Source: an uncultured Acidobacteriota bacterium | Lineage (GTDB): Bacteria > Acidobacteriota > Terriglobia > UBA7540 | Reading direction: 5' to 3' | NCBI GenBank assembly: GCA_963804995.1 | Contig: CAWDSK010000003.1 | Location: forward strand, 128,001-192,000 | Length of the DNA: 64,000 nucleotides | In this document: positions 18,805 to 28,238 of the stretch, piece by piece | Numbering within the stretch: the first letter of the stretch is position 1 | Layout of the letters: each line of letters begins with the position of its first letter | Translations under genes and position numbers: made by a program | The notes under the pieces: model-generated | What the model was told of the DNA's origin: nothing | Database searches by the model: none | Seen by the model: only the letters and a program-made list of their open reading frames with translations

Positions 18805-19514
18805 CATAGGCGTTAACCTAAGAGTTCGATGCGTCCGAAAGCCCGCAAAGCGGGCGTAAGGTCGTAGCCCACTGCGTAAGCGGTGGGTAAAGAAATCGTG
18901 TAAAATTCCCGCCCAGCCCCGGAGGGGCGAAAGGACATGTCGCACACCTACACCAACCTGCTAACGCACGTTATTTTCAGCACCAAGTACCGCGAGCCAT
19001 TGATTACCTCGGCACTCCAAGACGATCTGCTCGGCTACGTGGGCGGAATTGTGCGCGAACTGGGCGGGGCGCTCCGGGCCGCGAACGCCCGACCGGACCA
19101 CGTGCACCTGCTCTGCTCGCTGCCGCCCACGGTTGGGACGGCGGACGCCTTGCGGGTCGTGAAGACCAATTCCTCACGTTGGCTACACCGCAGCCGGGGT
19201 TTTCCCCGATTCGACTGGCAAACCGGCTATGGAGCGTTCAGCGTCAGTCATTCCCTCGCACCCGCCGTTGTGCGGTACATTCGCGAGCAGGAGAAACACC
19301 ATCGCCGCGTAACGTTTCAGGAAGAATTCATAGACTTTCTGAAGAAGAACGGCATTGCGTATGATGAGCGCTACATTTGGGCGTGAATCCTTTCGCCCCT
19401 GGCGGGGCTTAGGGGAGAGAGGCGCGTCTTTTCCCACGGCTTACGCCGTGGGCTACGACCTTTCGCCCGCTTTGCGGGCTGTCAGCATTTCTGAGAGTTA
19501 GGTTAACGCCTATG
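18805..19514. mobile_element. TIR-bounded element enclosing an IS200-like tnpA and its palindromic ends
   Basis: CATAGGCGTTAACCTAA (18805-18821) and exact reverse complement (19498-19514); inner imperfect inverted arms 18840-18935 and 19388-19480. Confidence 0.8.
18937..19386 (+). CDS. tnpA: IS200/IS605-family Y1 transposase (REP-associated type)
   Basis: HVIFSTK.R, PDHVHL (HUH), WQTGYGAFSVS, YIREQEKHH. Confidence 0.92.
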   Translation: MSHTYTNLLTHVIFSTKYREPLITSALQDDLLGYVGGIVRELGGALRAANARPDHVHLLCSLPPTVGTADALRVVKTNSSRWLHRSRGFPRFDWQTGYGAFSVSHSLAPAVVRYIREQEKHHRRVTFQEEFIDFLKKNGIAYDERYIWA

Positions 19515-19666
19515 CCCACGAGGGGTGCCCCTACGAGACGTGCAAATTGTTTGCTAAAAGAACAAGGATTTACGGTATTGCATTGTAGAGGCCTCCTTTA
19601 GAGGGCATCAATTGTTGAAGGCTCGGAGACAGTTGTTTATTCAACCCTGACCACCTTGAGACTCCC

Positions 19667-21775
19667 ATGAAAAACCGTTGGTCTGATCAAGACGCCCATC
19701 AATTCGTGGCGCAATACGGCACCCAGTGGGGAGAAGATCTGGCTTTACGGACGTACACCACGCGCTTGCTCGGCAGCGATGCGGCGCTCGTGCTGCACGG
19801 TGGTGGCAATACTTCCGTGAAGGCAACTTATCGGAATGTCTTTGGCCAGGCTATGCCGGCGCTCTTCATGAAGGCGTCGGGGTTCAATATGGCCAAGATC
19901 GAACCTCCGGGCCACACCCCGCTTGACCTTGAATATTTGAAACGGCTGTGCGCCTTGCCGGAGCTCTCCGATGACGCGATGGCCGGCGAGTTCCTCTTGC
20001 ATCGCCTGGATCCGGAAGCCGCGCCGCCCTCGATCGAGACCCTTTCGCACGCTTATCTCCCCGCCAAATTCATCGACCACACGCACGCAGACGCCATCCT
20101 GGTGCTGACCAATCAGCCCGAGGGCGATAAGCTGATTCGCGAAGCGCTGGGCGACGGCGTAGCGCTGGTGGACTACTTCAAGCCCGGATTCAAACTGGCC
20201 AAGGCCGTGATCGCCGCTTACGATTCGAACCCAGGGTGCCGGGCTCTGGTGTGGTTGCGGCACGGAATCATGACTTGGGGCGCGACGGCACAAGCCTCCT
20301 ACGAAGCCATGATTGATTTGGTGACACGCGCCGAGGAATTCGCGGCCCGGCGCGCTTCAAAGCCGCTAGTAGTGGTAGTCCATACGCCGCTTGCCGAAGC
20401 GGAAAAACGACTAGTGGAAATTGTCCCAGTAGTGAGGGGTTTGATGGGACGTCGCGCGCTAGAGCGCGCGGAGCCGCAACGTCGTCGCGTAATAGTGCGA
20501 CATATTGTCAATCCCAGCATCCTGGATTTTCTTGCGTCTGACCGCGGGAAAGAACTGGCGCTGACACCCACGCTGACGTCCGACCATCTGATCCGCACCA
20601 AGGCCCTGCCCCTCTGGATCGATGACCCTGACTACAGCGACCCCGTGAAGCTGCGCGCCCAGCTCACCAAGGGGTTCGAAGAGTATGCCCTCCAGTACCA
20701 GGCTTATCTCGCCAGGCACGCCGCGCTGATGCCCCCGGGCATGCAGCCTTTCGATTCCCTGCCCCGAGTGGTTTTGCTGCCCGGTCTCGGAGCCCTATGC
20801 GCCGGCAAGGATGTTTACGCAGCCAACATCGCCCGCGACATCACGGCGCAGACGCTCGCGGCCAAGGCCAAAATTGCCGCGATGGGAACCTACCAAGGGC
20901 TCGACGAGCGGCACCTTTTTGAGGTGGAATACTTCACCTTGCAGCACGCCAAACTGCGCACCGATGAGCCTCCCCTGGGGCGCGAGGTCGCGATTGTAAC
21001 CGGAGCGGCGGGGGCGATTGGTTCAGCCATTGCGGAGGGGCTTCTCAAGCAAGGGTGTCACGTGGCGCTGACCGACTTGCCGGGCGCGGCGCTCGACAAA
21101 CTCGGCGCAGAACTCAGTTCTCAATACGGTGACCGAGTCGTCACCGCGCCCCTGGACGTGACTGATCCCGCTTCCGTCACGCAGGGCTTCGAGGCGGTAA
21201 TCAGAACCTGGGGGGGCGTCGACCTGGTGATTATCAACGCCGGCATCGCCATGGTCTCACCCCTGGAGCAGATGGACCTCCAGGCTTTCCAGCGCGTCGA
21301 GCGGGTCAATACCGATGGAACGCTGCTGCTGTTGCGCGAATCGGCGCGCCACTTCCGACTGCAAGGGACAGGCGGCGATATCATCCTGGTATCGACCAAG
21401 AACGTTTTTATGCCGGGCGCAAAGTTCGGCGCGTACAGCGCCACCAAAGCCGCGGCTCACCAGTTGGCGCGCATCGCCAGCCAGGAAATGGCGGAGTTGG
21501 ATGTGCGCGTCAACATGGTGGCTCCGGACGCGGTCTTTTCACATGGCAGTCGCCGGTCCGGGCTGTGGGCGGAAGTCGGCCCCGACCGGATGCGCGCGCG
21601 GGGGCTGGATGAAAAAGGTCTGGAAGAATACTACCGGTCACGCAATCTTTTGAAGGCGGCGGTGACCGCCCAGCACGTTTCGCGCGCCGTGCTGTTCTTC
21701 GCCACACGGCAAACTCCCACCACCGGCGCCACAATTCCCGTGGACGGCGGGTTGCCCGACGCGACGCCAAGGTAG
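19667..21775 (+). CDS. Bifunctional class II aldolase / short-chain dehydrogenase
   Basis: HGGGNTS.K, PSIET..H, HTH; C-terminal TGAAGAIG, NAG, YSATK, VDGG. Confidence 0.92.
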   Translation: MKNRWSDQDAHQFVAQYGTQWGEDLALRTYTTRLLGSDAALVLHGGGNTSVKATYRNVFGQAMPALFMKASGFNMAKIEPPGHTPLDLEYLKRLCALPELSDDAMAGEFLLHRLDPEAAPPSIETLSHAYLPAKFIDHTHADAILVLTNQPEGDKLIREALGDGVALVDYFKPGFKLAKAVIAAYDSNPGCRALVWLRHGIMTWGATAQASYEAMIDLVTRAEEFAARRASKPLVVVVHTPLAEAEKRLVEIVPVVRGLMGRRALERAEPQRRRVIVRHIVNPSILDFLASDRGKELALTPTLTSDHLIRTKALPLWIDDPDYSDPVKLRAQLTKGFEEYALQYQAYLARHAALMPPGMQPFDSLPRVVLLPGLGALCAGKDVYAANIARDITAQTLAAKAKIAAMGTYQGLDERHLFEVEYFTLQHAKLRTDEPPLGREVAIVTGAAGAIGSAIAEGLLKQGCHVALTDLPGAALDKLGAELSSQYGDRVVTAPLDVTDPASVTQGFEAVIRTWGGVDLVIINAGIAMVSPLEQMDLQAFQRVERVNTDGTLLLLRESARHFRLQGTGGDIILVSTKNVFMPGAKFGAYSATKAAAHQLARIASQEMAELDVRVNMVAPDAVFSHGSRRSGLWAEVGPDRMRARGLDEKGLEEYYRSRNLLKAAVTAQHVSRAVLFFATRQTPTTGATIPVDGGLPDATPR

Positions 21776-21778
21776 GAC

Positions 21779-21878
21779 AGTGGCTAGTGGTTAGTGGCTG
21801 GAAAAGGCTGAAATTCGAAAATCGAAACTCGAAAATCGTGGCGAGTTTCGAATTTCGATTTTCGAGTTTCGGCTTTCG
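21779..21878. repeat. Heptamer arrays AGTGGYT and inverted TCGAAAN
   Basis: agtggct agtggtt agtggct; ttcgaaaatcgaaactcg...cgagtttcgaatttcgattttcg. Confidence 0.7.
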
Positions 21879-21982
21879 GGTGCAACGCACAACCAACGTC
21901 TTCCGGCCCACCGATCCCCCTGCGCAAACCCGCCGCCGGATGTTACAATCCTTCCGAATGGTCCGGAACGTCCCAGGAGACA

Positions 21983-22483
21983 ACGCGCGTCATTGGCATC
22001 GACCCGGGGTTGAATATCACCGGGTATGGGGTGGTGGAAAGCTGCGCCAGTGAAGTCAAACTTGTGGAGGCCGGCGTGATTCGGCTGCCCCCCAGCCAGG
22101 GGGAAAATCTGGCGGCGCGGTTGGAATCGCTGTTCAATGAGCTTCAACAAGTGATCAAGGAGTTCAACCCGCGGGCCATGTGTCTGGAGGAAGTTTACAG
22201 CCATGCCGATTACCCCCGGACAGCAATTCTGATGGGCCACGCGCGTGGGGTTATTTGCCTGGCGGCGCAACTGGCGGGAATCCCGGTGCTGAGTTTTTCC
22301 GCCAAACGCGTCAAGCAGTCGGTGACGGGCAATGGCAATGCCTCGAAACTTCAAGTGCAGCGCTCGGTGCAGCACTTCTTTTCGCTCAATCGAACGCCGC
22401 ACCCACCGGATGTGGCCGATGCGCTGGCGGTGGCTCTGTGTTATGTGAACGCCACCCGCTACGCGAGGAATGGGAAGCGATAG
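21983..22483 (+). CDS. ruvC: Holliday junction resolvase RuvC (start uncertain)
   Basis: RVIGIDPGLNITGYG (extends upstream of the ORF-track start), LEEVY, VK..VTG.GNA.K.QV, DVADALAVA. Confidence 0.9.
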   Translation, partial: TRVIGIDPGLNITGYGVVESCASEVKLVEAGVIRLPPSQGENLAARLESLFNELQQVIKEFNPRAMCLEEVYSHADYPRTAILMGHARGVICLAAQLAGIPVLSFSAKRVKQSVTGNGNASKLQVQRSVQHFFSLNRTPHPPDVADALAVALCYVNATRYARNGKR

Positions 22484-22562
22484 GTGCCGGGTGTCAGGTG
22501 CCAGGTGTCAGCAAAACCCTAGCATCCAACACCTGATACCTGGTACCTGACACCTGATACCT
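22482..22562. repeat. Inverted heptamer arrays RGGTGYC / ACCTGAY
   Basis: aggtgccgggtgtcaggtgccaggtgtc facing acacctgatacctggtacctgacacctgatacct. Confidence 0.75.
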
Positions 22563-22579
22563 TAGGGAGGAAACACACC

Positions 22580-23224
22580 CTGATCTCCGAAATAACCGGC
22601 GAAGTACTCTACGACCGCATCCAACGCCACTCACTCCTAGTGAGAGTGGAATCGCTTTGCTACGAGATTTTCGTGCCCTCGGGCATTGCCTCGCGCCTGC
22701 GAACCACGCCGGGCCCGGAACGCCGCAATCCCCTGACCTTTTACACGATTTATTACATCGACGGCGGCCTGGGCGGGGGCCACCTGACGCCCAAGCTGGT
22801 CGGCTTCCTCAACCCCCTGGACCGGGAGTTTTTCGAAACCTTCACGACGGTACCGGGTGTGGGTTTTATGAAGGCGTTGAAGTGCCTAATCCGACCAATC
22901 AATGAAATTGCACGCGCGATCGAGCGGGGGGACTCCGCCTTCCTGCGGGGGTTACCATCCGTGGGCCCTAAAATCGCGGAGCGACTCATCACCGAGCTGC
23001 GTGGCAAGATGGCCAAGTTTGCGCTGGCACCTAGCGAAGAACCACTTTCTGTCGAAGAAGAATCCGTATCTCAGATAAGGGTAGAAGCGGTGCATGCACT
23101 TGAGCAGATCGAATTCCCACATGCAGAAGCAGAGCGCATCGTGGCGCAAATCTTCAGTCAGAATAAGAACCTGAACTCAGTGGAGGATTTCCTACGAAAG
23201 GTGTTTGAACAAAAGGAATCATGA
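22580..23224 (+). CDS. ruvA: Holliday junction DNA-binding protein RuvA (CTG start)
   Basis: GGAGG then CTG-ISEITGEV; VPGVG and LPSVGPKIAERLITELRGK HhH motifs; lies between ruvC and ruvB. Confidence 0.85.
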   Translation: MISEITGEVLYDRIQRHSLLVRVESLCYEIFVPSGIASRLRTTPGPERRNPLTFYTIYYIDGGLGGGHLTPKLVGFLNPLDREFFETFTTVPGVGFMKALKCLIRPINEIARAIERGDSAFLRGLPSVGPKIAERLITELRGKMAKFALAPSEEPLSVEEESVSQIRVEAVHALEQIEFPHAEAERIVAQIFSQNKNLNSVEDFLRKVFEQKES

Positions 23225-24513
23225 AGGAAAAGCGTACAAGGCACCGCTCGCGGGAGCTAGATCAACGGAAGCCGGCTTCACTAGCATCACCTTCGGCGCT
23301 TGGCAGCCAGAATGATGCTATGTCAGAAGACGGACTCGTAACTGGTGCCCTGTTATCAGAAGGCAAGAACGAGCGAGCAAAGCGGCAGAAATTCGTGGTC
23401 AGGCGCATTGAGCCCGGCACTATCGATAATCCGAACCTCAAAACACCTGCCAAGGAAGCCACGCTGGGCCGGCAGCGATTGGTCACGCCTGCCGCGATTT
23501 CGAAAGAAGAGGAAACATTCAATCAAAGTCTCCGCCCTCCCACGCTCCGGGAGTACGTCGGCCAGAAGACCGTTGTGGAAAAGCTCGAAATTGCACTTGA
23601 GGCCGCGAAACAGCGCCGAGAACCGTTGGAGCACGTACTCTTTCACGGGCCGCCGGGTCTTGGCAAGACAACCCTAGCCTACATTATCGCCCACTGGATG
23701 GGATCTAAGATCGTTACTACGTCTGGACCGGCCCTCGAGCGTACGCACCAACTAATGGGTGTTCTCACTAACCTAAACCAAAATGATGTGTTGTTTATCG
23801 ACGAAATTCATCGTTTGCCAGTAAATATTGAGGAGTTTTTGTACCCTGCAATGGAAGATTTTAGATTAGACATCCCAGTAGATAAAGGACCTTTCGCGAG
23901 GATCATGACGTACCCGCTTAAGAGATTCACACTTGTTGGTGCTACTACCCGCGCGGGGACTGTATCAGCCCCGCTTCGAAACAGATTCGGGCTCTCTTAT
24001 CACTTGGATTTCTATGGTGTGGACGAACTGCAAAACATCGTCCTCCGCTCAGCACGCATCTTAAAAGTAAAAATCAACCGTGCAGGGGCAAGCGAGATCG
24101 CACGCCGCGCCCGTGGTACGCCGCGCATTGCAAACCGCTTATTGCGCCGCGTCCGGGATTTCGCCCAGGTAAAGAAAAAAGGGCTTATTAGTCCGAAGGT
24201 CGCCGGGGAAGCTTTGGACCTCGAAGGTATCGATCAGAAAGGCTTGGATGCGCTCAACCACAATTTCCTCCTGACCATTATCCAACATTACAACGGTGGG
24301 CCGGTCGGTGTCGAAGCGCTCTCTGCTACGCTTAATGAAGAAGTGGACACGCTTGTGGACATGGTTGAACCATACCTATTGCAGCAGGGGTTCATTAGCC
24401 GCACCAAAAGCGGTCGCAAAGCAAATAAACCAGCCTACGAACACTTGGGCATTCGACCACTCACCAATATGGAAGTGGAGTTACCATTTGAGAAACCGGA
24501 TCCGATTGATTAA
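23221..24513 (+). CDS. ruvB: Holliday junction branch-migration helicase RuvB
   Basis: SLRP, GPPGLGKTT, FIDEIHR, GATTRAG, RGTPRIANRLLRRVRDFA. Confidence 0.96.
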   Translation: MKEKRTRHRSRELDQRKPASLASPSALGSQNDAMSEDGLVTGALLSEGKNERAKRQKFVVRRIEPGTIDNPNLKTPAKEATLGRQRLVTPAAISKEEETFNQSLRPPTLREYVGQKTVVEKLEIALEAAKQRREPLEHVLFHGPPGLGKTTLAYIIAHWMGSKIVTTSGPALERTHQLMGVLTNLNQNDVLFIDEIHRLPVNIEEFLYPAMEDFRLDIPVDKGPFARIMTYPLKRFTLVGATTRAGTVSAPLRNRFGLSYHLDFYGVDELQNIVLRSARILKVKINRAGASEIARRARGTPRIANRLLRRVRDFAQVKKKGLISPKVAGEALDLEGIDQKGLDALNHNFLLTIIQHYNGGPVGVEALSATLNEEVDTLVDMVEPYLLQQGFISRTKSGRKANKPAYEHLGIRPLTNMEVELPFEKPDPID

Positions 24514-24520
24514 GCCAGAG

Positions 24521-25702
24521 GTGGGCTTGTCACCAAGGCAACGTGATGTGCCCGAACGGGAGCCAGTGCGCCATCCCCTTGGGTTTGCGGAAATTGTTGG
24601 CCAAACGACCGCGATTCAGCGATTGAAGGAATTCGTCGCTTTGTATTACCAATCTGGAAAACCACCGGGGCATGTCTTACTCACAGGAGTCGAGGGCATT
24701 GGAAAACGAACGCTCGCCCGTGCCTTCGCGGCGGAATACTCCAGCACCCTCAAGGAGATTGATTCCAAGGCACAGAAGAAAACTTTTGACATTTTAGGAA
24801 TCCTAACGAATCTCGGTGACGGGGATTCCCTTTTGGTTAGCGATGTCGCGAGGATTCCCAAGAATCTCATGAGTTTCTTCGTGCCGTGTTTGACAGAGTT
24901 CGGCTGCGATTTCGTTATAGATAAGGGCATGTTCGCCAGGACCGTAAAGATCCCACTTAAACGGTTTACCTGCCTTGCTACTGCACGTTCAAAAACAGAA
25001 TGCCCACCCGAATTGGTCGAGGCTTTTCCACTGATCATCCCCCTTCAGGGTTATTCACAAAAGGAGATGGTAGGTATTTGCGAGCAATTGGTACAGCGGA
25101 GAGGTATTACCATCACGCCGGTGGCAGCGGATCTCGTAGCAGGGGCATCGGCGGGCACTCCCCACCACATCGAGGTGTTGGTTGACCGGCTAGTTCAATT
25201 AGGACGAACTACGATTTCGGCGGAGGATATTGCTCAAGTCGCTTCGCTCCTCGGTTTGAACACAGGCGAGACTGGCTCGGGTTCACCTGGTGAGATTGAC
25301 TCAATCTCCGGAGTAGACTTTGAAAAGGTTGTTGCCGCGCTTTTGCGTGCAATGGGCTTTCAGACTGAAATGACCGAGGTCACAGGTGACGGCGGTATTG
25401 ACATTGTAGCGACCCTCAACAAGCCGTTAATTGGTGGGCGTTTCCTAATCCAATGCAAGAGGTTCGCTCCCGATAAGCTCGTCGGCGCCGCGACCGTTCG
25501 GGACTTCTACGGCGCTGTTACTGCCGACCGTTCGGCTGTTAAGGGGATTCTGATTACAACGTCAGGTTTTACGTCGCAGGCTCTGGCTTTCGCTCAACGA
25601 CTACCAATTGAACTTATTGGCGGCCCGCAGTTACGATCGCTTCTTGCCCAACATGGGATTTCACCAGAAAGTCAGAATGGGCCACATTCCCTCTTTGAGT
25701 GA
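24521..25702 (+). CDS. Degenerate RuvB-like AAA+ domain fused to Mrr-type restriction endonuclease
   Basis: FAEIVGQ, HVLLTGVEGIGKRT, LKRFT, GTP; C-terminal FEKVVAALL, GDGGIDI, IQCKR, VRDFYG; start uncertain (24506/24521/24548). Confidence 0.8.
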   Translation: MGLSPRQRDVPEREPVRHPLGFAEIVGQTTAIQRLKEFVALYYQSGKPPGHVLLTGVEGIGKRTLARAFAAEYSSTLKEIDSKAQKKTFDILGILTNLGDGDSLLVSDVARIPKNLMSFFVPCLTEFGCDFVIDKGMFARTVKIPLKRFTCLATARSKTECPPELVEAFPLIIPLQGYSQKEMVGICEQLVQRRGITITPVAADLVAGASAGTPHHIEVLVDRLVQLGRTTISAEDIAQVASLLGLNTGETGSGSPGEIDSISGVDFEKVVAALLRAMGFQTEMTEVTGDGGIDIVATLNKPLIGGRFLIQCKRFAPDKLVGAATVRDFYGAVTADRSAVKGILITTSGFTSQALAFAQRLPIELIGGPQLRSLLAQHGISPESQNGPHSLFE

Positions 25703-25731
25703 AACCGTCATGCTGCCTAACCAGGGTTTCC

Positions 25732-26268
25732 ATGTTACCTGAAACGAATGCTTCCGCACCGCCCCGTCGCGATGAACTGAAGCAGGTTTACCTGTCGCTG
25801 GGATCGAATATCGGCGATCGGGTGGCAAACCTTCGCAAAGCCATCGAAGAGCTCGACAAGGTCCGGGTCAAGGTTCAAGGGGTATCGTCGTTTTACCGGA
25901 CTGAGCCGGTGGATTTCAGTCCCCAGGCCTGGTTCCTGAATTGCGTAGTGGAGGCCACGACCGAATTGATGCCTCTGCAACTTCTCAAGGCGGTGAAATC
26001 CGCGGAGCGGGCCGTGGGGCGTCGACCGGGAGTCAGCAAGGGCCCTCGACCGATTGACATTGATATCCTGCTTTACGAAAATGTAGTGGTTCGCTCCTCC
26101 GTCTTGACGATTCCTCATGCGCGCATGAGCGAAAGACGGTTTGTGCTGGTCCCCTTGCGCGAATTAGCGCCCGCGGCGCGTCACCCGGTGACCCGGCGGA
26201 CCGTGCTTGAGATGCTTCAGGAGACGAGGGACCTTAGTCAGGTGGTTCGATTCAGAGTTGAGTCATAG
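25732..26268 (+). CDS. folK: 2-amino-4-hydroxy-6-hydroxymethyldihydropteridine diphosphokinase
   Basis: YLSLGSNIG, FLN.V, GPR.IDIDIL, PH....RRFVL.PL. Confidence 0.95.
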   Translation: MLPETNASAPPRRDELKQVYLSLGSNIGDRVANLRKAIEELDKVRVKVQGVSSFYRTEPVDFSPQAWFLNCVVEATTELMPLQLLKAVKSAERAVGRRPGVSKGPRPIDIDILLYENVVVRSSVLTIPHARMSERRFVLVPLRELAPAARHPVTRRTVLEMLQETRDLSQVVRFRVES

Positions 26269-26339
26269 GCCGCGATATAGTAGCATTTTGGAGCGTCAAT
26301 TCAGGGCCGGCGGGTTGGTGCGGCCCTATGAGGTAAGCG

Positions 26340-27005
26340 GTGTCAAAACCCCGGGATCGCGAGCCCCTACGCTTCCTCGCCATTGAAGGTCCGATTCGTG
26401 TCGGCAAGACCAGTCTCGCCGACCTGCTGGCGGACTCTCTCCACGCGGAGCGCATCCGCGACGTTGAAGACAATCCGTTTCTGGAATCCTTTTATGGCGA
26501 TAAGCCCGGAGCGGCATTTCCCGCCCAGTTCCACTTTCTCATGCAACGGTTCAAGCAGTTGCGCTCACTCGATGTGGCGGCTCATCCCAATCGTCTGATC
26601 ATCAGCGATTACATTTTTGAAAAAGATAAAATCTTTGCGTATCTGAACCTCAACGACACCGAGCTGAAGCTCTACGACCAGTATTATGAGGTGTTTGCCG
26701 AACAGACCCCCATCCCGGATTTGGTGATATACTTGCAAGCGAAGCCGGAAGCGCTGAAGAAGCGGATCGAGAAGAAGGATGTGCCGTTTGAACACAGCAT
26801 TTCTGACGATTATCTGGAAGCTGTAGTGAACGCTTACGAGCACTTCTTCTTCCATTACAAGTCCAGTGATTTGCTGGTGATCGAAACCTCCGAAATCGAT
26901 TTTGTCGACCGGAAGGAAGATTTGCAGCAACTCCTGGACCGCTTGAGCCAGCCGGTTAAAGGCACGCAGTATTTCTTGCCGCTTGGATCCGCCTCGGCGG
27001 ACTGA
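26340..27005 (+). CDS. Deoxynucleoside kinase family protein
   Basis: IEGPIRVGKTSLA P-loop, NPFLE.FY, PDLVIYLQA. Confidence 0.9.
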   Translation: MSKPRDREPLRFLAIEGPIRVGKTSLADLLADSLHAERIRDVEDNPFLESFYGDKPGAAFPAQFHFLMQRFKQLRSLDVAAHPNRLIISDYIFEKDKIFAYLNLNDTELKLYDQYYEVFAEQTPIPDLVIYLQAKPEALKKRIEKKDVPFEHSISDDYLEAVVNAYEHFFFHYKSSDLLVIETSEIDFVDRKEDLQQLLDRLSQPVKGTQYFLPLGSASAD

Positions 27006-27084
27006 GACGGTCGAAGCCCGCGGAATGTGTCCTGTCCAGCCCGTGTAGCGATGCACGGGCGAGCAGAGGCTAGAAGAGTTTCAG

Positions 27085-27180
27085 ACCCTCTCTGTCCAGG
27101 CGAGTGGAGGCCCGCACGGGCCCCCCGGACGCTACGTGATGAGCGCCGGAATTACTTCCTGTGACCGAGAGGTTTTTTTA
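27085..27180 (+). ncRNA. Candidate structured panB leader RNA
   Basis: ACCCTCTCTGTCCAGG pairs with CCTGTGACCGAGAGGT, enclosing two hairpins, then a T-run, upstream of panB. Confidence 0.4.
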
Positions 27181-27262
27181 TTTGAAAGACCCGGCGGTCG
27201 CCGGACGCCCATTCGTTACGATTGATGTGAAGGTTTTAAATCTCCCTCAAGGAGGAAACGCC

Positions 27263-28135
27263 ATGGACCCCAACTCTCAGGCCGTGAGCAAAGTAACCGT
27301 TCCCGTCATCCTGGAAAGAAAGCTGCGAGGGGAGAAGATTACCTGCCTGACTGCCTACGACTACCCCACGGCCCGGCTGGTGGACGAAGCCGGATTCGAC
27401 ATGATTCTGGTAGGAGACTCGCTTGCGCAGACCGTTTTGGGTTATAATTCTACAGTACCTGTAACTGTGGAGGAGATGCTACATCATACACGGGCGGTAC
27501 GCCGGGCGGTTCGACGGGCCTTACTGATTGCCGATCTGCCGTTTGGCGCTTATCACGTGGACGACGACCAGGCGGTGGCCTGTTCCGTGCGTTACCTCAA
27601 GGAAGGCGGCGCGGAAGCCGTCAAGCTCGAGGGTGGACAAAGGCGCGCCGCCCTGGTGCGACGGCTGGTGCAAGCGGAGATCCCCGTGATGGGCCACATT
27701 GGCCTGACGCCCCAATCGATCCATGCCCTGGGCGGCTATCGGGTCCAAGGGAGGACGATGGACTCCGCGAACGAACTGCTGGCCGACGCCGAAGCCCTGG
27801 AAGAAGCCGGCGCCTTTGCCATTGTTCTGGAAGGCATGCCGCGCGAACTGGCCGCCAAGCTCACCCGCCGCCTGCGAGTTCCCACCATCGGGATCGGCGC
27901 CGGACCCGACTGCGATGGGCAGGTGCTGGTGGTCAATGACCTGGTGGGTTTAAGTTTTGGACGGCCGGCAAAGTTCGTACGGACGTACGCAAACCTCGCG
28001 GAGACCATGCGCCAGGCTTTTTCAAGTTTTCGCAATGACGTGATAGAGGGCCGCTATCCCAACGATGACGAGTCGTACCACTGGCCCGCCGCCCTGCGCG
28101 AGCAGGTTGAAAAGGAAATGATCGGCCCAGCCTGA
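27263..28135 (+). CDS. panB: 3-methyl-2-oxobutanoate hydroxymethyltransferase
   Basis: LTAYD, LVGDS, VKLEGG, GHIGLTPQ, GIGAG; ATG after GGAGG. Confidence 0.97.
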   Translation: MDPNSQAVSKVTVPVILERKLRGEKITCLTAYDYPTARLVDEAGFDMILVGDSLAQTVLGYNSTVPVTVEEMLHHTRAVRRAVRRALLIADLPFGAYHVDDDQAVACSVRYLKEGGAEAVKLEGGQRRAALVRRLVQAEIPVMGHIGLTPQSIHALGGYRVQGRTMDSANELLADAEALEEAGAFAIVLEGMPRELAAKLTRRLRVPTIGIGAGPDCDGQVLVVNDLVGLSFGRPAKFVRTYANLAETMRQAFSSFRNDVIEGRYPNDDESYHWPAALREQVEKEMIGPA

Positions 28136-28238
28136 CCCATTCTCTCCAGGCGCCCGCTGGCCTGCCGCCCAGCCCCGCCTACTCAGTATTCCAAAACGGC
28201 ACCTCTGCCGGGCCGGCACGCAGGTGAACGCGTCCACC

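Noticed and set aside
18937..19386. tnpA as the mobiliser of the 8650-16217 element
   Set aside because: HUH/Y1 transposases do not use TIRs or create 9-bp target duplications
24296..24505. ORF-track start of the RuvB-Mrr fusion
   Set aside because: Overlaps the ruvB 3' end out of frame with no homology-like content
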